From Tubulanus polymorphus (Eukaryota; Animalia; Nemertea), in NCBI RefSeq assembly GCF_964204645.1, contig NC_134029.1, forward strand, positions 992,001 through 1,056,000: 64,000 bases of DNA, in the 5' to 3' direction. Made by a program: the position numbers and the translations under genes. Positions 53,943 through 64,000 of the stretch are shown here, piece by piece. Each line of letters begins with the position of its first letter. Positions within the stretch are counted from its first letter, which is position 1. The notes under the pieces are model-generated. The model was not told the DNA's origin and made no database searches. It was given only the letters and a program-made list of their open reading frames with translations.

Positions 53943-56900
53943 TCAGGGCAGTGAGGGAGTGAGTCCTGGTCACTGGCGGTCGACTCGAGGAGGAGCTTCA
54001 CTTCAATCCTGAAATAAATACACATCACAAGATGTCAGTTTATTTTTGATGAACCCTCATAATCTTAACACTACTACTTAACATGCATACTTTATCTACC
54101 TCTCATTAACTCATCAGAAACTATGAAAATATACTTTTAATCGCTTGAATCGAACTGAATCGACAAAACTGTCACCGATTTGCTGGCTCCATCCTGTTCA
54201 TATATCGCGCGCACGAAGTTGATACAGTGCAATAAAGAATGAATTGAATTTAAATTACAATTAAAGTTTATTTTACAATCACATAAAGCGTCCATGCAAA
54301 CATGCTAAAAAGAAGACATTGATTTAAAGTATGATATCCGGTGTAATTTATTTGTCATGTATATTGGGGGTAACAACTCCGTACCGACTGGTACTAATTG
54401 AGGATGGCTCCGGTAAATCTACCGTCATGCATTCCCGATTCACTATTTTACTCACTTGCCACAGGTAAACACCGGAGCCCATGCGATTGAGGGTTTTGGA
54501 CCAGATTGAATTTTTGGCCCCGTTGCATTGAATGGAAAAATAAGAGATTGCCGTACCCCGAAAATTCTGATTTGGCCCTACAGCAGCACACCGCGGGTCA
54601 CGGCAGGATCCACGGGGCCCTTTCCGTCCCCGAGGCCACACAGGCACCCGCCCCCGGCCCAACAATTGTTTATACGACATTTCTGTAGTTATAATTAAAC
54701 GATGACTAAAAGCCGGGCACATCCTCCGCCGCGCGGTCGGCACGGCAGTCGATATCGCGCTATAAAATACAAAACTACTTCACTGTCCTATTTTATACAA
54801 CTAACATGAATTTTATATAACCTTTGTATAATTCAATATATGACAGAGTAGTCACTTCCCGTGACTGGGTAATATCCGGTGAAAAGCGGAAGATAAACAT
54901 TGAACGAATTAATGAGTCAAACTGCGAGTGGGAAAACAATAAGACAATAGGATACTGTTAAGACATCCGTACTTAGAAACTACGCGCAATGCCGGGAATA
55001 GAAAGTATTTAGCGGTAAGCAATTAATTCATTATCACGGCCCAAACACGTTGAGTATTCTAAAATAAAACAATTACCAAAGTCATTTTGTTGCGTAGATG
55101 AATTCTTTTTCGGAAAAGTTATTCTCAAACTTAGCTCCAAACGCGCGATAGGGCGTCGACCTAAGAACGGAAGCGCGAACCCGGGATCGTCATTTACCAG
55201 AACTTATCAATCTTATCATTGTTGTGAAGACACGTAAATCATCGCGAAACTTGGCACGGTGCCGACTATTGATTCCGAAGATGTTTTTAATAAATGATTT
55301 ATTGATAATTCATGATTTCACGATTCTAATTATATCTCAATCGGTGACAAGTGTGACGACGTCTCGTTCTCGTATCATGTGTTCTGCTGGTCAAATCAAT
55401 GATAATTCTACAATCAATTCCGCTCATCATCCATTATAACTACGATATCCTTACTCACTGAGTATTACTTGTCACTACGGTTTCTTGAAATGGGTAAATA
55501 TTTCTAAAGCCTTCTATTGAGTTGTTCCAGGTCTGCCTGGTGTCTTAGTGTGACTGGACTCAATATAGTTGGTTTCAACGTCAAATCTAGACAATCTTTA
55601 ATGTATCAAACTTTAATAATGTTTCTCGCTAAGTTAAGTACAGTTCACACCTGTCCTGTCCATTAATCGGGCTCTGTCTGTTTTGAATATTTCTCATGAA
55701 ACTGTATATTTTATACACGTACTTGAGTCTGAAATCATGTCAATGGGTACGAAAACAAATAAAAACTAGACCAGTAATCGACGAGAAATAGCCTCAACAC
55801 AGACGACTTAATATCTTTATTCGTAGAAATAAAAAGTCTTGTATCGTTTCCGTGTCTGGGCGTTGTTTGGACCGAAAGTGATCGTGAGTTCATACTCCCC
55901 GTAAACTTTAGCCTACCCGTCGGTGGTTGTTTTTTTTAAACCTACCGTTGATCTTTAAAACAACTGGATTATCATGACACTGATTTCCTCTTCGTCTGTT
56001 GTTACCAGTAGGTAGAGAATCTACACACTACAATCTATATGATAAACTATGTAGAATTTAGGTCTGTCTAATGTGTACAAAGAGAATGATTCAGTTATAA
56101 GTCAACATGAAGTGAATTAGCTCATAGCGTCTGTCAGTCGGGAGAGGATACAACATAATTAAAAAAAAATACGAATATTCATATCTGCTTCCCCTGCGGT
56201 GGTGAGCAGCTGGGGTTGCTTTAGATCGATCCGATTTGTGAAGATTCTTCTTGTCGCAGAGTTTTGGAGTTTATCACAATGGCGGTTTCAAAAGGTAAAC
56301 TTTTAAAGATAAGTCAGTTATTGATCGAAGTTCCTTGGTCGAAGGTTCTTCTCTGGTCTCTACCCCATTGGGAAAAAGAGACATCGAACCCCTGCTTATA
56401 ATGCCCTGCGTGGCGCTTAGCGAGTTGAGGGTGTTAAAAAAGATAGTCACAGTGAAAGGTTGGAATTTGAGTGCCGAAATCAAATATTTGAAAGATTGAT
56501 TCAAAATGAAATATTCCGAGGAGCTTAAAAATGTAATGAGACCAGGACACTGGAAGAGTAAGTAGTTCATGGCATGGACACTAACACAGCAATTAAATAT
56601 TCTAATATTGTCCAGTGATGCCAATTGTTAGGGAAGGAATCATCTTTAGAATGTTAGGACAAACATTTGTCGCTAGAATACATCGTACAAATTCCATTTA
56701 TAAACCAGTGAATCATAGGCTACTTATACTTACTACTGAATATGGACAATGAGAAAAATAGGACACCCACCTCTGACCCGTTTTAATCCTCCAACGCAGT
56801 GTATCACTAATTCAGAAAAAAAGACAAGGCGGTTTCAATGTACGTAATGTGAGTTGTTTACAGACGTGGAAATACATAGTTTAAAAGTGCATTCGGTACG

Positions 56901-58701
56901 TGAATTGTCAGGAATGTTTTCGTCGTGATTTTTTAGTTAGATTTGGATGTTTTTCATGACGAAGATTCGTGACTATTTGAACGAATGAGGTCAGTGTGAA
57001 TGTTGTTAGCCCTCTTCACAAGTATTTGCACACGCACTTTCGCTATTGCAGTTAAAAGCGTTTAGAGAAGAATCATAAGTAAACATTTCAATTCGGTTGA
57101 AATTCACACAAAGGGCTTAAAGCCTTACGATAGACACTTATTCTAAACAAGGCATAGACAAATTACTTTCTGCAAACAGGTGGGAAATCTTGATGGTAGG
57201 TTTTACCGCTTCAACTGATGAGAACAGCTCTGAACCTTACCCCTGACTGAAATATAAACACATTCTCCGCACGGTTCAAAAACTGATTAAATTAATTGCT
57301 ACCAAATTTAAAAACGTAATATTTTGTCGTGAGAACAAACAATATTGGCAACATTACAGATTCAGGTTCCTAGCGCCGCGTCTTGTAGAAAGAGGGTAAT
57401 CAAAAACTTCATTCTTACAATATTGAGATGAACGAGGTTTACACCACGGAACTCGTCCATCGTCTGCGAGTAATTGTGTCGGTTAAATTTAAACTCAAGG
57501 CCGGTGAAATTAACAATCTCGTAAACTAACGCCGCTGGAAATCAGTATAACAAAAGAGGAAAATTTAAAAAAGGTTAGTTAGCTATTTCACAGTATGCGT
57601 GTGTGTATATATATAGCTTACAGTCACTCGGTCTATAGATGGGGAAAATATAATACACAATCTCGCGATATCGGATGTATGTATCTGCTTAGTAGATAAC
57701 AGGTAAATTGTTTAAATTATTTATAACATCATCGATAAACTAAATATTTATTTCGGAGATCTACAAACTCGCTTACGACGCAGTTTGGTAAATATCAAAA
57801 ATGTAATAAAGTTGCCAATTGAGAGTGGAGTGCCTTCATCTTCTGACTCGAGACTCTCAACTGAATCGACAAAACCATTCTGAAAATATTGATGAATTTC
57901 GTAGTTGGATACTTGTACTCGCGAGATGAAGATCACATTTATAGCTCGATGAACATATATTATTAGATTCGATAGGTTCTCGTTAGTTCATTTCCGACGA
58001 TGTCAAATCTTAACCGTGAACTCGATGTAACTTGACGCCTCGCGGAGGTCATTATCGCAGCCATACGTGATTTCATTGCGAATAGATTAAAAACGAAGCG
58101 CCCGAAAATGTTCCGTACGATCTTATACAGAAAAAACAAAATGCATTCTTGTTTAACTTTGATGTGAACCAGCAACTGACTGAACACCTACGAAAACGCT
58201 TCAGACCACCGAAGTGAAATTTATATTTCACTCAGTCTTTACATTTCGCATTCAAACTATTTTTTTTCTAAAACGCAAAGCAAACTGTATTTTTTAAATG
58301 TATATATTTGAATTGTGAAACATTGCGGAAATACTTCGATAATCATTTGATAAAAATCCCATACCCCATATATGCGTGTGGCATTCTACAGATATCTATA
58401 AACTCCGTCTGGTCGGTTCCAGGAGACAGTAGTATTTATGGTATCTATCATCCCAGAATTAGATTAAATGAAAAGCCTCGAGGTGTTCAAACTTCAAAAT
58501 TCCATTGTGCTGTGTAGTTTTGTGTATAAGTTTAGATTTGTCATTTCATCATGTTATGATATGAAAAAAGGAAACTTTGGATATCAAGGGTTTTCTGCCA
58601 ATTCGACAGAAGCAGAAAATCGTATTGTTAAACTCAATCTCTTCATTAATATTAGTTTAAATATTTATAATTGTAAAATTTCAGGAACCAAGATTACGAG
58701 T

Positions 58702-61700
58702 ATGGGAGATTTTCTATGTATCGGTGACTATGTCAGTTTGTATTGTGTAGAGACGGATGGATTCGTGTTCGGATGTCAATCGACTTCGCTTCATAACGGA
58801 CTTACAATCTATCAAAAACAGGACAGGGATACGCCTCAAAGCATTCCCAATCCACACGGTAGGTTTAAACAAACGATTCAAGGGAAATTTCTAGGGAACA
58901 AAACGTTTATAAGTTGTTCTGAAGTTTGTTACGTTTTTCAAATTCAAATTTCTAAGTCGACTATCACCATCAATATCCATGATCACAACAGCTGGAGGAA
59001 TATGAATAACTAGGGTTCAGTCTCTTAACGAAGAAAAAGACCCCGCAATATGATGAAAACCTACAGTTACGTTTCGACTCTTTAAAAAACTGTTTTGAAA
59101 ATGTCTTATTGAATTTGGTCTAAAAGTTTTTCTTCGATTGAATTAGACAGACACTTAAATAAACCATGAATATGTAGTTGTCTGTGGTGAGGGGGTTAAC
59201 AAGTAAAACACTAGTCACAGAGTGACTTAAACCACACAGTTAATGATAACCGTCATATAGACATTTTTCATACCGGATTCGATGTAGAAAATTGTTCCAT
59301 ATATTATTCATTGATATATTAAGAATAAAAAATTCTACCGCCGTTTTCAATGTTAGTTGTTTGTTCAAACGCTTCGTCTCTTTTATTTATTGCCCTAGTA
59401 CAGTTTGCAGCGTGCAATCATGTAATTTATCAAAAACGAATAAATTGACATATCCTCTTTCACAATTGTGCGCTATTTAAATTCTTATCTAGGTAATTAT
59501 CCTTTCAGAATTCTGTGAACAAACGTGATGAATACAATTTGCTTGTCAGATGTATTTATGAGAATATCCGCTCGATGCGAAAACTTGTTTCATAAGCGAG
59601 CGGTCAAAATAACAATTTATACTGGGGTTTGAGATAGAAACCGGTTAAAACAGCCATCTATATGGGTACGGGTTCGAGGGGGTTCTTCCATTCATCCTTA
59701 GTCTACGGCATTGTCAGTTCACGGATAAACCCGGTGTCATAGAATCAGATGCCCCGATTTCAGATGCCCCCCTCCCCCCAAAAACAAAAAATAGATTAAC
59801 GGATTAAGTGGAGAGACATAATGGGCCTGTGGCTGACCCTACCGCTAATCCTTAATCCTGAGATCTATTAGGGGGGATTAATAAGGGGACGAATTTCATT
59901 CAATGACACCGGTCTCCGTTTGCTCGTTCGTGATATCTTGACCACCGTATTCATAAAACTATAATCTATCGGACGAAATGTCACAAACAATTCCTAGTAG
60001 CGATTAGATACATTGACCGACAATCTAGGTTTCCTAGGATAGAATAGGCATTACTAAAACGGAAATGAATATCATTAATTACAGTTTGCGTATTTCAAGT
60101 TTGTATACAAAATCGTTACAAACTGAACAAAAAATATCGAAAATGTTTGGCGAAAAGTGAGAACGATAAAAATGACTTACAAACGAAAGCGCTTCTGCCA
60201 CAAGTCAAGGTAAAATATTTTAAAAAAAAACCTAAATGCTTTCCTCTTCTGATCACGATTGGTAGAACACTATATCCGTGTTGACGCGATGAGGAGAGAA
60301 TCCCACAATGATAATAAAAAGTCCGAAAATGAAACTTCGAGATAGTAGTTTATTTCAACGTTTCGACTATATCCTAATAGTCATCTATTCCCGAAGATGA
60401 CTATTAGGATATAGTCGAAACGTTGAAATAAACTACTATCTCGAAGTTTCATTTTCGGACTTTTTATTATCATTGTGGGATTCTCTCCTCATTTCCTCTT
60501 CTGAAGTTGGCGTTGAGACAACATGCTTTGATATAAGTAGATATTATCTTGTAGATGTCTGCAGATGCTGAAAATGCCGACAACATTGCTGAGCAAAAAC
60601 GACAACAAGGAAAACGAGTTCGGTATGGTGAAATAATTCAGGTACAGGTCAATGAGTGCTCCTGAACTAATTAATCATATTATTGTCTCCGTGGTTTTAC
60701 GCGTTTTAAATTACCCTGTCAGTTGTTGCCGTAACCCCCGCAGGATCCAGTTCCATAGTCGTGTGTGCGTTAGATCTGTTTTGTGGCTGATAAAAATATT
60801 TCTTGAAAAAAAAATGATTTCGTCGTCATAGAAAATAATTATCCTTCGAAATATATTCGTTAGTGAGAATAATTCCGCTATGAAAAATAAATCGCCCCTA
60901 AAATATATTAGTACCTAAAAACAATGTCGTTATGTGAAAATAAAAATTTGCAATGTGTCCAGAATCAGTTACAGTAATTATGTCCAGAATCACTAACAAT
61001 CAACTGTTTTCGTTTCGGTTTTCCATTCCTAGATGACTTCAGTATCGCTATGTTTGAATTGCATGGTTTCCAAAATTAAGATATCAATGTTCCTACTTGG
61101 TACAAATAAGACAAGATGGCTAGTATAAAAATCCCACAATAAGAAAGAAACAAAGAGTCCGAAATGTTTCTTTGAGCAACGAGGCTTTAATTTCATCCTA
61201 ATTACTAATGCATCATCTGGGAAACTTATTGTGGGATTTAGTATCATCGTTGGATTCAGAGTGTTTGATTGATTCAAAGATTAAAGATGACTCCTTGCTT
61301 GTTGACTTGTCAGATTTAGAATTTGAATTTAACTCTTTCAGTTGAAACACGTGTTTACAGGAAAATACATTCACGTCAGTACAACACAAGGGAGCGTTAG
61401 GGATAAAAACAATATGCTCGTAAGTAGCAGACGATCGCATCTAATTATACACTCATTAATCACTTCATTCTGATTCTGTAGTACTCGCTTCGAGTCCCTG
61501 CGATCATTTTTATATCGTAATCGCGAGGAAAAACATCTAGCGAGAAATCGTTGAAGCCGCGGGTATCAGCGTGAACACTCCAACTACTTTCTCGACCTAA
61601 TTCTAGCTGGGATATTGTATTTTTGATTTCACCCAGCCCTGGCAGTGGTCGTCTCCACAGTAATCTCCGTCGCTCTACGATCCTAGTGTAACCAATCTTT

Positions 61701-63726
61701 GGTGACATCAGACACTAAGGTTCTCGGTGAATTTTTAGGTCCAGCGTTTCCTTTCCATTGCTTATGTTCACGCATCAATTGTCCGCAATTCAATTCGTTT
61801 TGTTTGTTACTGTTTTTATGCCGTATTCCAAGATTGTATCACATTTATTCTCTGGACTGCATCTCGAGAGCGAATTTGGTTAGGCCATTAGTATTCCTGA
61901 AGATGACTAAAGTCGAAACCTTGTATTAAAAACTATATCAATGAAACATGTCGGACCCATGTTTTGTTGTTTGATGAAAAAGATTTAAATGTTAAGAAAT
62001 ACGGATGATATCCTTCTGCCCTGAGACTATGTTGGGATAATTTCGAAATGCCCTGCCCCATATGTTAAAAAAAAAACAGAATTCGTATTGTGGATTTTTT
62101 TCTGAAATGTGATGCTATTTTAGTATATCAGTGGGGTGGGGTAAGGCTGTAATCTATCACATAGTGACTGAGGAGATTATAGTATCACGAACTGTAGATA
62201 AAATCAGGTTAATGAGATATTTAGAAATACGTTACTGACATTATGTAATAGAGCTTAAATACAATCGGGCGAAATTATTCCAACATCTTGATATAATATA
62301 TAAAACGTTGAACACTTTAAGTTACATCAGGCCCGCCGGCAACACATTTCAAAGGGAGTTCTTTATTCATTAAAAAAAAAATCGGATCGAATAAAGAAGT
62401 ATTCAATCTAAAAGTCAAGGTTCCCTATGAGTAGCTTCGAACCAGAGGGCTCGAGAGTAGGAATCCAGCGCGCTAACCACTAGACCACTGAACTCATGTG
62501 AATTACCGTGTTCAGAAGTGTGTCTAGTCAGTATGGTGACCAGTCAGATGTAGTGACCAGTCAGGTGTAGTGACTGATTGACAAAATGCTCCATTCGCCA
62601 TAAACAATAGCTGAGATGGGAATGGCTGGAATGTCTCAATTTCTCGAAGGGGTCTTTTGGGAAACTAGAACATGAACAGATTCTCCGAAATATGATTAAA
62701 TAAACTTAAGAATATAATATCTGATAATGTTCTTATCTATGAATTTATTTGGTAATCATAAATTCAAATTCTCCACATAGATTTATCATATATATATTTT
62801 TTATCGTCTATGATTTATTTCAGATATCGATTCATAAATTCAATGCTAAACACGCTCAATTCAGAGTTCAACCGAGATACAAGGTCAAATCAGAAGGTGA
62901 TAACGTAAGTATTCAATATTTATCCAAACCCTAATGATATTTAACAGTGGTTCCGTCGGTCGCTGGTTGGTACTGCGTGGTTGGTGCACGATAGTGTTGG
63001 ACATATTTGTGGTTGCCTAAAAAATTTACTTCGACCGAGAATTTACGAAGACGCGGAAATGATGATCTCAATATTGATATTTCATGAGTTCAGAGAAATC
63101 GTTTGGGTTTCTGTGTTTTGTCATTCAATCTTGAGCGATAAGAAAAAAAACCCCCAAATTTATATTTATTTCTTTAATCGTATGATAAAGGTGTTTATAT
63201 ATGAATCAGCGAGTCCAGGTTCCATAGTCGAAACCATTTTTTCAATTTTGTCTCCAATCACCTTATTCCAATTGATTTTGATCTGTACTGTGGATTCGGA
63301 CCCTTCGCCCATCAGTTGCACTGTCCAAAAATGATCTTAAATCGTAGTCTAATCATCATTGCCTATGTGCAACTAGAGTCTCTCTGGAGCTTCTGGGTTT
63401 CCACAACTATTGTCTCATGATTTCCCAGCCGCTATGTGGAGATCTTTCCAATGTCAGTGCTGTTGATAAAATGTCCATGAATTATTGATACATCGGACTC
63501 AGTAAATTCTAGGATCCAAGAATCTTCAGGGATCATTATAAATCGGGATTCGGACCAAGCAACCCGATTAGTGCTAGGCATGGAATCCCAAAATTGATTC
63601 ATATATTGTATTTTTCTGTTGTTTCTAGGTACAAATATATGATCAGATAGTGTTAGAAAGTGTGAAATCGGCTGGTCAATGTTTCCATGCTAGTATACCC
63701 TGGCAGATAGACCACTTTCACTACGG
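58702..63726 (+). CDS. ITPR: Inositol 1,4,5-trisphosphate receptor-like Ca2+ release channel, N-terminal exons (3'-partial)
   Basis: Exons 58702-58858, 60085-60209, 60555-60641, 61342-61419, 62824-62904, 63629-63726 translate as MGDFLCIGDYVSLY...CVFQVCIQNRY...GKRVRYGEIIQLKHVFTGKYIHV...FRVQPRYKVKSEGDNVQIYDQIVLESV. This is collinear with the IP3R suppressor domain (FLHIGD..SLY, C.F.....NRY, YG..IQL.H..S.KY, F.IQP.YK..S.GD.V...D..VL). Confidence 0.9.
59731..59912. mobile_element. MITE with 15-bp terminal inverted repeats
   Basis: CCGGTGTCATAGAAT ... ATTCAATGACACCGG (one mismatch). Confidence 0.65.
60253..60492. mobile_element. Inverted Penelope-like pLTR insertion forming a perfect 204-bp palindrome
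   Basis: Arms 60289-60386 and 60395-60492 (98 bp each, 8-nt spacer); direct repeat TTCCTCTTCTGA at 60241-60252 and 60493-60504; contains the hammerhead-like CCGAAGA-T-GACTAT(TAGGAT)ATAGTC-GAAACGTT. Confidence 0.75.
61470..61935 (+). mobile_element. Possible degraded Penelope-like 3' remnant ending in a hammerhead-like motif
   Basis: REIVEAAGI peptide (~61541-61567) resembles the end of the Penelope GIY-YIG domain; CTGAAGA-T-GACT-AA-AGTC-GAAAC at 61897-61919, followed by ATTAAA. Confidence 0.35.
62428..62580 (-). mobile_element. tRNA-derived SINE-like head (62428-62495) with adjacent GTGACCAGTCAGGTGT-type repeats
   Basis: Minus strand GAGTTCAGTGGTCTAGTGGTTAGCGCGC (A box) ... GGTTCGAAGC (B box); same arrangement as 28550-28762. 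Confidence 0.6.
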
Positions 63727-64000
63727 GTGAGTTCTCCACGACCTACTTCACTTCGAAAAACGATTTCAACAACTGAAACTAAACTATCATCCACGAATTC
63801 AACTATTTCAATTATCAATTATTTCGAGGGTTAGAAAAAAACGAACATTCAAGCCTCCGGGAGTGATAACATTTGACACTCACCGGCCAGGTAGCCCATC
63901 GAGAATTACCAGCTCAATTCGAGATACCTCAGTCAGTATCTATAGTACAGGGTGGGTTTCCATTGAATTATCAAAAATGTATATATCAATCTACTCGAAG

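Noticed and set aside
56274-58187. Minus-strand ORFs 56274-56624, 57748-57936 and 57963-58187 as a separate gene
   Set aside because: No recognisable homology, and I could not build a phase-consistent exon chain.
61342-61419. TRVYRK peptide suggesting a Penelope reverse-transcriptase motif
   Set aside because: In another frame this segment is a clean AG/GT-bounded IP3R exon (LKHVFTGKYIHV) that the protein alignment requires.

Overview
Eukaryotic, AT-rich, intron-rich animal genomic DNA (invertebrate; the gene content suggests a lophotrochozoan, which is an inference). I assembled all gene models by hand from GT-AG junctions with consistent reading-frame phases. (1) The 3' part of a neurobeachin (NBEA/LRBA/rugose) gene runs on the + strand as 37 core coding exons (1896-43468), through the PH, BEACH and WD40 domains to the stop. 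(2) An intronless MAB21-family gene lies antisense inside a single 20.4-kb neurobeachin intron, the known conserved NBEA/LRBA-MAB21 nested pair. (3) An orphan four-transmembrane gene is on the - strand (47957-48694). (4) An 8-exon FANCF-like gene is on the - strand (51623-53942) and is almost invisible in the ORF track. (5) The 5' exons of a divergent IP3-receptor-like channel start at 58702 on the + strand, with a candidate upstream coding exon lying antisense inside a FANCF-like intron. Non-coding content includes a 60-bp satellite, several minisatellites, MITEs, tRNA-derived SINE-like heads and Penelope-type remnants carrying minimal hammerhead ribozyme motifs, one of which forms a perfect 98-bp-arm palindrome. 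A GC-rich multi-hairpin candidate ncRNA lies at about 46.3-46.5 kb. Most short ORFs in the track are repeat-derived or antisense shadows.
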